From Candidatus Iainarchaeum sp. (lineage in GTDB: Archaea; Iainarchaeota; Iainarchaeia; Iainarchaeales; JAGVWC01): DNA of 64,000 bases. Positions 38,679 to 48,622 of the stretch are shown piece after piece. The stretch covers positions 192,001-256,000 of the forward strand of contig JAGVWC010000010.1 in NCBI GenBank assembly GCA_018304465.1, given 5' to 3'. A model generated the notes under the pieces. It had not been told where the DNA came from, did no database searches, and saw nothing but the letters and a program-made list of their open reading frames with translations. The translations under genes and the position numbers were made by a program. Positions within the stretch are counted from its first letter, which is position 1; the number at the start of each line of letters is the position of its first letter.

Positions 38679-38964
38679 TCACTTCTTTATTCTATTTGTT
38701 TTTCGGCGTAAAGTGCCTTTTTTTCGCGCCTTATTGGAAGCAGGATACGAAAAACAGTTTTAAAGAAACCGGACACACGGAGTACTAGGATCAAATACTT
38801 GAAGAACTCATTTCCAGCGAGAAAAAACTTTCCGTGACCAAGAAATCTGCCAAAGCGGCACTCGATCTTCGAACCAAGTTCAAGTCCCAATTTATTAAAA
38901 TCAACTGACTAGCGGAATCGTACTGAAACTCTGACAAACCCAAAAGGACCGGATAGAATCCGTG

Positions 38965-39732
38965 TTATTGTTTCTTCTTGGACGTCGAAACCACCGATTT
39001 CGGTGATGCAAACCGAAGGTCTTTTCCGGAACTCGTTTTCCAAAGCGATTTGAAATAGGCCCTATAATTCTCGGCGACCGCCTTGTTGCGAAGGATGACT
39101 GTCGTTATGGGATCCCCCCACATCATAGTCGCTGTGGTATCCCCATATACCCAAATTACGCTGGGGGCAAAAAGGCTTTTGGGAAGGGGTAACATGTGGG
39201 ATCGCGTCGGATGTGTTCCCGGATCCTGTCCTTCGGGAAAAATTAAGTATTCGTGAAGATTGTTGCGCTTGAGGCAAAGAAAATATTTCTGGAGGTGAAT
39301 CGGTGCGACAGTCTGGAAATCCGTCATGTCACCGAATAAAAAAGCCGTCTCCGGATGCGCCATGTAATCGTTAAAAGCGTGGCGAACTCCGTCTTTTCCC
39401 TTATAAATTTCAATCGCAAAACTGGCGGGTTTTTTTCCAGCGATCTTCTGCAACTGAGGCACCAACCGCGACAGCTCTTCCTGCTGATCAGACAAGTCCG
39501 TTACCAGTTTCTCAGGATCGGATGCCAAGAACTGCTTGACGGACCCTTCGGTGAAAAAGCTGACATAGCCGCGATCTACCAGCTTGTTAAGCAGCGAATA
39601 GCACAGGGTGCGGTCCACTTGGCTTTGCTCGGAAATACGCGAAACAGTCGCAGGGCCCAAGCGCAGCGCCGACAGATACACTGCAACTTCTTTTGGAGAA
39701 AGACCCATCCGTTCCAATATCTGTGTGTCCAC
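38965..39732 (-). CDS. TrmB-family transcriptional regulator
   Basis: LERMGLSPKEVAVY.....LG, R..CY..LNKL..RG, IYKGKDGV, VYGD. Confidence 0.88.
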   Translation of the reverse strand: MDTQILERMGLSPKEVAVYLSALRLGPATVSRISEQSQVDRTLCYSLLNKLVDRGYVSFFTEGSVKQFLASDPEKLVTDLSDQQEELSRLVPQLQKIAGKKPASFAIEIYKGKDGVRHAFNDYMAHPETAFLFGDMTDFQTVAPIHLQKYFLCLKRNNLHEYLIFPEGQDPGTHPTRSHMLPLPKSLFAPSVIWVYGDTTATMMWGDPITTVILRNKAVAENYRAYFKSLWKTSSGKDLRFASPKSVVSTSKKKQ

Positions 39733-39830
39733 AGGAACATCTTGAGCCGAATTTTATTTAAATGTTGTTATTTTTTCACAACAAATGAATAATACGCCCA
39801 GAGACAGTATTCATTATAGCGAGTGAAAAT

Positions 39831-40049
39831 ATGAAACAATATGTCATTACCCCGCACCAGCCATCCGAAAGAAAAATTCAAGCCCATCCGATCCTCGTAA
39901 CTCACGACATCGAAGAAGCGATTTATCTCGCGGACCGCAGTATCGTGCTCAAAAACCATCCGATGATCGTGAGCGCTGTCCTAGCCAATCCTCTTCCAAA
40001 ACCGCGCACTCCCGAACGGAAAACAAAACAGGAATTCCGAAAACTGTGA
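39831..40049 (+). pseudogene. C-terminal remnant of a NitT/TauT-type ABC ATPase
   Basis: ILVTHDIEEAIYLADR.IVL...LPKPR; Walker A/B absent. Confidence 0.7.
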
Positions 40050-40105
40050 CAACAGATCACGGAATTGCTGAACCCAAAAAAAAATGAAAAAATGGAATAT
40101 TTCAC

Positions 40106-40675
40106 ATGAATGAAAAAAGCAAATGGGAGAACGGCAAACCAAAGATCGCGATCATTCTCGGAAGCCGCAAAGACGAACCGACAGTCGTCGCATCCAAATT
40201 ATTTCACATACTCAAAAACGCTGGAATCGGATACGAATACTCCATCATTTCCTCCGATCGAAATCCGGAAGAGTTACGAACGTATTGCAAAAGCCTGGAC
40301 ACGGAAATAATCGCCGTTATCGCGGTTGCAGGCCTCATTCCCAATCTTCCGATTGTTACAAAGTCCTGGGCACCCCACATACCGGTTATTTCGGTTCCCC
40401 TTACGGGAGACGGATACACCCCGAATGACACCCTGCTTGCAGCCGCGAGTACCCCTGGAGAACGACCCATTATTGTCAGTGGAATCGGAAAAAACGGCCT
40501 TGAAAAAGCAGGGTACCTCGCCGTGGAAATCGCCGGCGTAAAACACGCCCACATTCGAAAAAAATATGCTTCTTTGCAGGAAATTAAAAGTGCCGAAATC
40601 AAAACAACGCATCCCCGGCCAAAATCAAAAAAAGGAAGTGAAACAAATGGATCCGCGAGACCTCATTTCAGTTAA
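40106..40675 (+). CDS. AIR carboxylase (PurE)-like protein, divergent
   Basis: IAIILGS..D; IISSDRNP in place of SAHRTP; IAVAG...LP; PVISVP. Confidence 0.75.
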   Translation: MNEKSKWENGKPKIAIILGSRKDEPTVVASKLFHILKNAGIGYEYSIISSDRNPEELRTYCKSLDTEIIAVIAVAGLIPNLPIVTKSWAPHIPVISVPLTGDGYTPNDTLLAAASTPGERPIIVSGIGKNGLEKAGYLAVEIAGVKHAHIRKKYASLQEIKSAEIKTTHPRPKSKKGSETNGSARPHFS

Positions 40676-41687
40676 CGTAAACGTTTTCGAAGGGGACATT
40701 CTTCTGTGCGACTCGTACGTGTCGGATGTAGCGCCAGAATTCGTGAAAAAATTATCGACCCATAAAAAAACGTATTCTTTCACTCCAGAACTGACGCATA
40801 GCGACATATTGGGATTCAAGCTGTGCACCATCTTTCGACTGGGCCGAATTAGTCGATTGACGGTTTTTATCAAATCCGGCTCTCCGCATTCGTTGCAGAT
40901 TCCGCTGATTGTCCAAGAAGCCGCCGACGATACCGGATTCGATCGATCGAAAATCGAATACTTTGTCTGGGAAAAAGGCGAAATGATCCCTGTTTCTAAC
41001 GAAGCAATCCGCAAAGCCCGGCACTTACACGAAATCGAGCGACTGCTTGCCTTTGAACGACTGCAAAAAACGGTCGAAATCCTGCGAAAAGAATGCCGCA
41101 ATGACCAGCAGGAAACCTTCGAAACCATCCTGGAACACTTTGTTGAAGAAACCAACGAGCTAAAAGAAGGGATCAAAAACAAAGATACGGCCAATACTCA
41201 GGAAGAACTCGGCGACATCTTGTTCAATGTTTTCTTATTCGCCAAAATCGCGCAAGAAGAAAACCAATTCGATATGGAAAAACTGCTGGATACGGTGAAT
41301 GAAAAAATGGTGAAACGGCACGATCAAATATTTCCAAACAGAAACGTAGTGATATTGGTTTCGCCCATTCATGGAAAAGGAGTCTTTGCATTGCAGGACA
41401 TCAAGGCCGGAACGATCGCTGACAAATGGCAGGCGTACGCACAAAACCAAAACCCACGCACAGATAAAACCGTTGACCAGTTCGTGAATCATTCGTGCAA
41501 ACCCAACGCCTACGCCAAAGACTCCGTCGACATCGCACTCCGCGACATTAAAGCAGGCGAAGAAATCACCTGTGACTACACCAAAGAAAACGGAATACAC
41601 CCTAAGTTCAAGTGCAATTGCCAATGCAAAAATTGCAGAGGAGCGATTTACACCAATTTTCAAAGAATCGGACCCGAAAAGGATTGA
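40647..41687 (+). CDS. Fusion: unknown N-terminal domain + MazG pyrophosphohydrolase + SET/post-SET domain
   Basis: MazG: EETNEL...EELGDIL...EKMVKRH. SET: SPIHGKGVFA, FVNHSCKPN, ALRDIKAGEEITCDY, CNCQCKNCRG. Confidence 0.85.
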   Translation: MDPRDLISVNVNVFEGDILLCDSYVSDVAPEFVKKLSTHKKTYSFTPELTHSDILGFKLCTIFRLGRISRLTVFIKSGSPHSLQIPLIVQEAADDTGFDRSKIEYFVWEKGEMIPVSNEAIRKARHLHEIERLLAFERLQKTVEILRKECRNDQQETFETILEHFVEETNELKEGIKNKDTANTQEELGDILFNVFLFAKIAQEENQFDMEKLLDTVNEKMVKRHDQIFPNRNVVILVSPIHGKGVFALQDIKAGTIADKWQAYAQNQNPRTDKTVDQFVNHSCKPNAYAKDSVDIALRDIKAGEEITCDYTKENGIHPKFKCNCQCKNCRGAIYTNFQRIGPEKD

Positions 41688-41736
41688 AGAACTCAAACCG
41701 TTGACCAAGACCCAAATCTACGGAACCGTTCGAAAA

Positions 41737-43014
41737 CTAGCCGAATAACTTGTACGTCTTGCCCCGCTCCGGAATCACGGGTTTGATTCCAAGGCCCTTG
41801 ATTTGCTCGGCAAACGTATTCATGACATCCGGATCCCCGTGCACCAAAAACGCGCGTTGCGGCGACCACTTGTTCAACGCTTTTAACATGTCATCGCGCT
41901 GCGCATGCGCCGAAAACTCGTAGCGAACGGTTTCAAACGCGACATCCAACGATTCGTTGTCGATTTCAAGCTTGTGGGTTTCATAGAGTTTTCGACCCGC
42001 GGTGCGCTCGGCCTGAAACCCCGTAAAAAACAGTTTCGAACGGGTTTCAAGACGCAATTTGCGAATATAAAACAAAATCGGACCGCCTTGCAGCATTCCC
42101 GCGGACGCGACAATCACGCACGGTTTTTTCAACGCGTCTTTTCTTTCTTTTCCGCTTCGCACCCAAAACACGCTTTCCAAGGCTTTCTTTAACGCTTTTG
42201 GATCCCGCAAATACTGGGGATACTTGAGCATGACATTAGCGGCTTTTTGCCCCATGCCGTCATAATAAATATCCGCGGTCACGCCGTGACTACGCAAAAT
42301 CTCGATGACTTCTTGTCCGCGGCCAATCGCAAACGACGGAATCAACGCCCAGCCTTTTCGATCCACGACGTTTTGAACGTCTTCGGCAAACACGGCTTCC
42401 AGTTCTTTTCGCGGCGGATGATTCCGATCCCCATACGTTGACTCGGTGATCACGGTGTCAACCGCACCGATTTTCAAATCCGCGCCCGTGTGCAAACGCG
42501 TATCCGCGGGATTATAATCCCCCGTGTACAACACGTTTTTTCCGTCCACCGACAGCTTCGTCATTGCGGAACCCAGAATATGCCCCGCGTCAAAAAACTC
42601 GAACTGCACATTCGGAGAAATCGATAATTTTCGCTTGTATCCGACTTCAAAACTGAATTTTTTGATCAAAAACAAATCATCCGGTTCGAAACCCGCGTGC
42701 TCGCGGTTATGCTTCGCGATTTTTAAGGAATCTTCCCACAACAAATTCGACAAATCCAAGGTCGGCGACGTCAAGTACGTCAACACAGGGGCTTGCGCGA
42801 ACAGTTTCGGAAGATTACCCGAATGATCCAAATGCGCATGCGACAAAATCACGGCATTCAAATTCGTTTTCACGGGTAACGGCTGTTCAATCTGATTTTC
42901 CGCGCCAAACTTCAAACCCGTATCCAAAACGATTTTGTCCGGCAAATCCAGCAAAAAACTCGACCGCCCCACTTCCTGAGCGGCACCCAAAAACGAAATT
43001 GATTCTTTTCCCAT
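41737..43014 (-). CDS. MBL-fold beta-CASP ribonuclease (aCPSF2-like)
   Basis: LGAAQEVGRS, SHAHLDH, AGHILGS, YTGD, ESTYG, FSAH, LVHG. Confidence 0.92.
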   Translation of the reverse strand: MGKESISFLGAAQEVGRSSFLLDLPDKIVLDTGLKFGAENQIEQPLPVKTNLNAVILSHAHLDHSGNLPKLFAQAPVLTYLTSPTLDLSNLLWEDSLKIAKHNREHAGFEPDDLFLIKKFSFEVGYKRKLSISPNVQFEFFDAGHILGSAMTKLSVDGKNVLYTGDYNPADTRLHTGADLKIGAVDTVITESTYGDRNHPPRKELEAVFAEDVQNVVDRKGWALIPSFAIGRGQEVIEILRSHGVTADIYYDGMGQKAANVMLKYPQYLRDPKALKKALESVFWVRSGKERKDALKKPCVIVASAGMLQGGPILFYIRKLRLETRSKLFFTGFQAERTAGRKLYETHKLEIDNESLDVAFETVRYEFSAHAQRDDMLKALNKWSPQRAFLVHGDPDVMNTFAEQIKGLGIKPVIPERGKTYKLFG

Positions 43015-43086
43015 GCAACCTTCACTTCCACATAAAAATACGAAGAAAACATATTTATTTAGAAACTGCACTTTAAATACGTTTGG

Positions 43087-43608
43087 ATGAACCGAATCCA
43101 CCAGCCACCAGGCCCCCGCCGCACAAAACGGATACTCAAAAGTGCAAAACGACAACAAAAACAATTCCACGCCCGACAAATAACCGGGTTTTCACGCGCA
43201 AAAATTTCGACCCGGTATCTGGGCAACAAAACCCCCGACGACAAAAAAATCATCCAACGCCTATGGCAAAAAAACCTCAATTCCAAAAATTCCGCGCTGG
43301 CTCTGAAAAAAAGACATTTGATCGAATACGAACGACTAAGAGAAGTGTTTTTCGCTCAAGGCGAATGGAAACAGATTTACACTACTGATACGCCTCTCCG
43401 CCAAATCATGGAATACGTCCGAACCCACTATCAAAACCACGGCACCATTCCCGCCCAGCCCAAAATCGCCACCCACACCGGCTTGTCCCTTCAGGTGGTC
43501 CGCCAACGCATTCGCCGGCAATACCAACGCGCGTTTGTCCGCGTACGACGAAAAACATCCCACGGAAAACGGAAAACAAAACCGATTTCCGACAAACGCC
43601 GCGAATGA
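43087..43608 (+). CDS. Basic hypothetical protein with HTH-like segment
   Basis: Arg/Lys-rich; PAQPKIATHTGLSLQVVR. Confidence 0.55.
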   Translation: MNRIHQPPGPRRTKRILKSAKRQQKQFHARQITGFSRAKISTRYLGNKTPDDKKIIQRLWQKNLNSKNSALALKKRHLIEYERLREVFFAQGEWKQIYTTDTPLRQIMEYVRTHYQNHGTIPAQPKIATHTGLSLQVVRQRIRRQYQRAFVRVRRKTSHGKRKTKPISDKRRE

Positions 43609-43653
43609 ATCCATCCAAAACCATTTTAAATTTCAAAAAACAATGAAACTAAC

Positions 43654-44271
43654 ATGCCCACGGTTCTCCCAGTCGCCCAATCCTTGTCTTTGCTGCACCA
43701 ATACAAGATTCCCACGTGCGAATTCTACGTATGCCGCGAACCCTTTGAACTCTCCGAAGTCCCCTTCAAGTTCCCCTGGGCCATGAAACTATCATCGGAC
43801 CGCATCGTTCACAAAACCGAACAAAAAGCCGTGTACACGAATATTCAAAACCGAACCGACGCCAACACCACGTTTTCGGAACTCCAAAAACGCGATCCAC
43901 GTGCCCCGATTCTCGTGCAACCACACTTGGATGGCACCGAACTCTTCATCGGAAGCAACCAAGACATTCAATTCGGACCCACCATATTGGTGGGCTTGGG
44001 CGGCGTATTCGTCGAACTCCTAAAAGACACCAGCATCCGCGTGCTCCCCGTTTCGATCGACGACTGCCGCCAAATGATCCGCGATCTAAAACACCAAGCC
44101 GTACTCGCGGGGTTTCGCGGAAAACCCAAAGTCGACACCGATCAACTCGCCAAAATTCTGCTTCAAACCAGCAAAATGATCCAAGAAAACCAATTCCTCG
44201 AACTGGACATCAACCCCCTGATCGCCACCAAAAAAGGCATCTACGCGGTCGACGCCCGCATCGTGAAATAA
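43654..44271 (+). CDS. Acetate--CoA ligase (ADP-forming) beta subunit, ATP-grasp
   Basis: FPWAMK...HKTE, FGPTILVGLGGVFVE, ELDINPL, AVDARI. Confidence 0.9.
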   Translation: MPTVLPVAQSLSLLHQYKIPTCEFYVCREPFELSEVPFKFPWAMKLSSDRIVHKTEQKAVYTNIQNRTDANTTFSELQKRDPRAPILVQPHLDGTELFIGSNQDIQFGPTILVGLGGVFVELLKDTSIRVLPVSIDDCRQMIRDLKHQAVLAGFRGKPKVDTDQLAKILLQTSKMIQENQFLELDINPLIATKKGIYAVDARIVK

Positions 44272-44318
44272 AAACCACAACCAAAGCTTTTTCTATTTCC
44301 GATCCCTATCCATTTCAT

Positions 44319-44918
44319 ATGGGATTAAAACGCGTTGGAAAAAAACCCTTGTCCCGGGTCCGTGAAGGAATATTCCAAACCGTGGACATCGGAAGCGGTT
44401 TTGGCGAATACATTTCAAGACAAGCCGAACGATTTCCGCATCGACGATACGCCGTGGTGGATCCGCGGTACGCGCGAACCAGCGGATTCGGACAAATTCA
44501 CCTCGAATCCGAATTCAAACGACTTGGAATTCACATGCATCCCGGCACCGGCGCATCGTTTTTCGAAGAAATGGCACGACGCGGATGGAAAACCCACGCC
44601 ATCAATTTCGATATGCCGTTAGGATCGGAAGCCGAATTGTCCCGCATACTGGACCTGGCACCCCACACCTTGTTTCCCAACGGAAAAATATTCGTCGCCA
44701 CCGAACGGTTAACCGCACTGGATCACTTCATCAAAATCGCGCGCGAAAAAGGTTTTTCGGTCACCGAACGAAAATCCATGCCTCCCGCCCAGGCTCGACA
44801 ACGCACCGCGTATTCACACCGCCATTCCAACAACCCCCAACGACCGATTCGACGCCTCGAAATCACGTTTGGATTAAAGAAAGCGTTTCCGGACAAAAAA
44901 CAAAGGCAAAAAAGATAA
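44319..44918 (+). CDS. Basic class I SAM methyltransferase-like protein (tRNA m7G MTase-like motifs)
   Basis: VDIGSGFG, YAVVDP, LFPNGKIFVATE; basic termini. Confidence 0.6.
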   Translation: MGLKRVGKKPLSRVREGIFQTVDIGSGFGEYISRQAERFPHRRYAVVDPRYARTSGFGQIHLESEFKRLGIHMHPGTGASFFEEMARRGWKTHAINFDMPLGSEAELSRILDLAPHTLFPNGKIFVATERLTALDHFIKIAREKGFSVTERKSMPPAQARQRTAYSHRHSNNPQRPIRRLEITFGLKKAFPDKKQRQKR

Positions 44919-44984
44919 ACGAAAACCACTGTCCCCAAGCATTAAAAAACTCTTCTGGCATCAAACAATGTAGGAAAAACCCCT

Positions 44985-46019
44985 ATGAAACAAACCCCTG
45001 AAGAACGGCTACGACTTGTAACGCGAAACACCGCGGAAATCATCACCCGCGAAGAACTCAACCAATTGCTTAAAACCAAGGAGCGCCCAGTCATTTATTT
45101 AGGCGTCTCCATCACGGGTCGACCCCACGTAGGTTACTTTGTCTGGGCCACCAAAGTCGCGGATTTTTTAAAAGCGGGTTTCAAAGTCAAAATATTGCTG
45201 GCCGACGTTCACGGCGCCATGGATAACTGTCCCTGGGAAGTCCTTGAAAAACGATTCGAATACTACAACATCGTCATCAAAGGAATGCTTAAAAGCGCCG
45301 GCGCCGACCTCACGCAACTCGAAATCATCAAAGGCTCAAGTTTTCAACTCGAAAAAAACTATGTATTGGATTTGCTCAAATTCTCCACCCAAACCACGGT
45401 GCACGACGCATTAAAAGCCGCCAGCGAAGTCGTCAAAATGGGCGACAACCCCAAAGTATCCGGACTCATTTACCCGATGCTCCAAGCCCTCGACGAACAA
45501 TACCTCGATGTGGACATTCAATTCGGCGGAACCGACCAGCGCAAAATCATGGTGTTTGCCCGCGAAAACCTACCGATCCTCGGATACCGCCCCCGCATCG
45601 AACTCATGCTGCCCTTGATTCCAGGTTTAACACAAACCGGAAAAATGTCGTCCAGCGAACCCAACTCCAAAATCGATTTATTGGAAACCACGACCGACAT
45701 CAAAACCAAACTCAACAAAGCGTATTGCCCTGAAAAACAAATCGAAGGAAACGGCGTCATGGCGTTATGCCAATTCGTGATCATGCCCAAAAAAGAAGAC
45801 GAAAAAAAAACCTTGATCATTAAACGCCCCGAAAAATTCGGAGGCGACGCGTCGTATTCCACGTACGCCGAACTCGAAAAAGCGTTCGTTTCCGGGGCCT
45901 TGCACCCCATGGACCTCAAAACCGCGGTCGCAAGCGAAATCGACCAATTGGTGGCCCCCATTCGAAAAGACTTCGAAGGAAAAGAAAAGCTCATCCAACA
46001 AGCATATCCAACCAAATAA
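44985..46019 (+). CDS. tyrS: Tyrosine--tRNA ligase (archaeal type)
   Basis: TGRPHVGY, YPMLQALD, GGTDQRK, KMSSS, LHPMDLK. Confidence 0.96.
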   Translation: MKQTPEERLRLVTRNTAEIITREELNQLLKTKERPVIYLGVSITGRPHVGYFVWATKVADFLKAGFKVKILLADVHGAMDNCPWEVLEKRFEYYNIVIKGMLKSAGADLTQLEIIKGSSFQLEKNYVLDLLKFSTQTTVHDALKAASEVVKMGDNPKVSGLIYPMLQALDEQYLDVDIQFGGTDQRKIMVFARENLPILGYRPRIELMLPLIPGLTQTGKMSSSEPNSKIDLLETTTDIKTKLNKAYCPEKQIEGNGVMALCQFVIMPKKEDEKKTLIIKRPEKFGGDASYSTYAELEKAFVSGALHPMDLKTAVASEIDQLVAPIRKDFEGKEKLIQQAYPTK

Positions 46020-46092
46020 AAATCCCGATCAAAACCCGAACCCATAAAAAACCCACGGACCTCATAATACTTAGAAAGGAAAACGACCCCGT

Positions 46093-46443
46093 ATGGACGA
46101 CGAATATTTCGAAGACGAGCCCCAGCCCAAAAAACGGCAACTGCCCATTCAAACCAACCCCTTGTTTTACCTCGCCATCGGACTCGCCTTGGGATTCACC
46201 TTATCCGTGTTCGTTTCCCCCGAATTCTTGGAAAGCTTTTCAAACCCCCAAAAATTCGACGGACAAATCACGGACATCAACAAATGGGTCTCCGACGACT
46301 TGCGCGTCAACCTCGTGATATTACGCATCAATGACTCGAACGTCGCGACCTGCATCGACGGCGACGCGTGCCTCGGATACCAACCCGGCGACACCGTTCA
46401 CGTCACTTGTTTTGGCATCGAATGCCGCGCGACGAAACGCTAA
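46093..46443 (+). CDS. Small single-pass membrane protein
   Basis: One TM helix followed by a small Cys-containing domain. Confidence 0.65.
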   Translation: MDDEYFEDEPQPKKRQLPIQTNPLFYLAIGLALGFTLSVFVSPEFLESFSNPQKFDGQITDINKWVSDDLRVNLVILRINDSNVATCIDGDACLGYQPGDTVHVTCFGIECRATKR

Positions 46444-46487
46444 ACCCAATCCGAAAACTTAATATGGGCCTGGTTCTAAACCATACT

Positions 46488-47570
46488 ATGCCGCGACGCA
46501 TTTCTCCCCGCGTTCAACGACTATTCCAACAATACGCGGCCGCCCGACACCAAAGCGGAGGACGCAAAATCGGAATTGGTCAATTTCAACTCATTGTAAC
46601 GGCACCCAAAAACGAATCCCTTAGAGCCATCGGAAAACGCGCGCACACCACGCGCGCCACCGCGCGAAACGTACTGGTTACCACCCGTCTGCGAAACAAA
46701 GACCGGATCCAAGGCATCGGAATCGCCGCCAACACGCGTCTACGAAGCGTGGAAACCATGGCCAACGGCACCGTCCTGCAATTCATCCAAGACCAACTGG
46801 CCCACACGGACAAAACCATGCGCCAAATCGCGATCAAAGCCGGCGTCAATCCGTCCACCGTCAAAAAAATAAACAAAAAAGAAAAAATCCGAAAAAACCC
46901 CCGAAGCGTCGGAGGAAAAATAGCCGCGAAACAACGCTTGGAACCCAAATGGGACGCCATCCGCGCTTTGCTCCAACAAAAAACACCCGAAGGAAACTTC
47001 CGATTCACCCAAAACGAAGTCATTTCCCGGTTAGCCCGACAAGGAATCCGAACAAATCACGTGGTCGTCGGAAGAATCGCCCGCCACGTTCGAAGCGAAC
47101 AAGAACGAAATGAAATGCGCGGACACGCGGTTTCTCCATCCAACCGCCGGAGGGCATTCCTCGAAAAAGCCCTGCGATTCACCCGTTCTCCCATCGCACG
47201 CATCACGCAACGTGCCATTACCCGCGAAACCCGACAAGGCCGTCCCGCCACCCAAACCGCCATCCGAAACGCGATCGTGAACGTAAAACGGGAACGCGGA
47301 TTAAAAGGAATGCGATTCCAAGAAAGCAAAACCGCCACCCAAAAAGTGGTTCGGTACCTCATGCCCACTGGAACCCCCCGATTACCCATTCCCTGGGAAG
47401 AAACCGCCAAAAAACTCGAAGTTCCGATTTATTTCCTGCAAAAAACAATCGTCAACCAACTGCTTTTACGAAAACCCCTGCACGACATCGTTCTCGCAGA
47501 ACGAACGGGACTACGCCGCGAAAAAATCCGTCAAATCCGCCTCGAACTCGCCAACGAAAACAACCGATAA
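46488..47570 (+). CDS. Very basic multi-HTH hypothetical protein
   Basis: TMRQIAIKAGVNPSTV; LAERTGLRREKIRQI. BRE/TATA (CGAAAACTTAATA) about 25 nt upstream. Confidence 0.65.
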   Translation: MPRRISPRVQRLFQQYAAARHQSGGRKIGIGQFQLIVTAPKNESLRAIGKRAHTTRATARNVLVTTRLRNKDRIQGIGIAANTRLRSVETMANGTVLQFIQDQLAHTDKTMRQIAIKAGVNPSTVKKINKKEKIRKNPRSVGGKIAAKQRLEPKWDAIRALLQQKTPEGNFRFTQNEVISRLARQGIRTNHVVVGRIARHVRSEQERNEMRGHAVSPSNRRRAFLEKALRFTRSPIARITQRAITRETRQGRPATQTAIRNAIVNVKRERGLKGMRFQESKTATQKVVRYLMPTGTPRLPIPWEETAKKLEVPIYFLQKTIVNQLLLRKPLHDIVLAERTGLRREKIRQIRLELANENNR

Positions 47571-47571
47571 C

Positions 47572-48333
47572 TCAATTCTTTTTTCCCGTCAACACGAAAA
47601 ACGCGCCGCGCTTTTCTAAAAACCATTTGATCTGCATCCACGACAAATGATTTTCAAGCGCCGGACGACTGTGGGTTACAACCAAGCGCTCTTCCGAAAA
47701 CCAGTGCAACACTTCTTCGACCAAATGATACGATTCATAAGGCTGGCCAAACTTGTCCGCCAAATACACCTCGCCTTTTGGAGGAACCCGTCCTCCGTAA
47801 AACAATTTTTTCGCGGTTTCCATTCGTTTTTTCACATCGGATCCGGCCAGCAATCCCACTAACCAACGCTTCCAACGCAGACGAAGACGACCCACGGCAT
47901 TATACAATCCGACGCAAACGAAACCACCGGCTTTGACATGCGAGACCGCGACTCCAAACCCTTTCCGCGGATTCTTCGTATGATGCAACACCCCAAGCGA
48001 CAACACGACATCGAATTTTTCTTTCGGATCAAACAAAAACAAATCGCCTTGCACAAACGAAACCGAATCCAACCCATATTTTTTCTTCAAACCCAACCCT
48101 TTTTCAATCGACGAAAACGACAAATCAACCGCAATAACCCGCGCGCCAAACAACCCCAATCCCGCCGCGACTTCACCGGTTCCACACCCAAGCTCCAACA
48201 CCGTTTTACCCAAAAACCAATCCCGCGGTTTTCCCATGGCATTGGCCGCCCACAACCCAAAGCCCTCCAAATCCGATTTGGATTGAACCACACGCGACGG
48301 ATACGGAAACCACTCATACATCATCGACGACAT
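47572..48333 (-). CDS. Class I SAM-dependent methyltransferase
   Basis: YEWFPYP, VLELGCGTG, FDVVLSLGVLHH, GGFVCVGLY. Confidence 0.88.
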   Translation of the reverse strand: MSSMMYEWFPYPSRVVQSKSDLEGFGLWAANAMGKPRDWFLGKTVLELGCGTGEVAAGLGLFGARVIAVDLSFSSIEKGLGLKKKYGLDSVSFVQGDLFLFDPKEKFDVVLSLGVLHHTKNPRKGFGVAVSHVKAGGFVCVGLYNAVGRLRLRWKRWLVGLLAGSDVKKRMETAKKLFYGGRVPPKGEVYLADKFGQPYESYHLVEEVLHWFSEERLVVTHSRPALENHLSWMQIKWFLEKRGAFFVLTGKKN

Positions 48334-48622
48334 CTGAATTAAGAATAAAGCCAAATGCTTAATACATTCGGTTGTAGAGCTTCTCCAAGCCGTAGAAGAA
48401 GCCTAAGACGACGATGTGTCCAAACTGACGTCAAATGCCGTCCAGAGCAGACATAACAACTCTTTTTGGAGTTGTAGCAAAAAAAAGCACAATTTTATGG
48501 AATTAATCGGCAATTAACGATATTTTTTATTTTCCGCCCCACGATTATTATGTTAAAAAAGATATTAATCAAAAAAGATATACTTATTAATATTTTCATA
48601 CATAATAAAATAGAGGAGCGAA

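Noticed and set aside
38700-38910. Short coding-like fragment (ILEELISSEKK...FIKIN), and similarly 1630-1737
   Set aside because: No start codon, interrupted by stops, and no family recognised; too weak to call.
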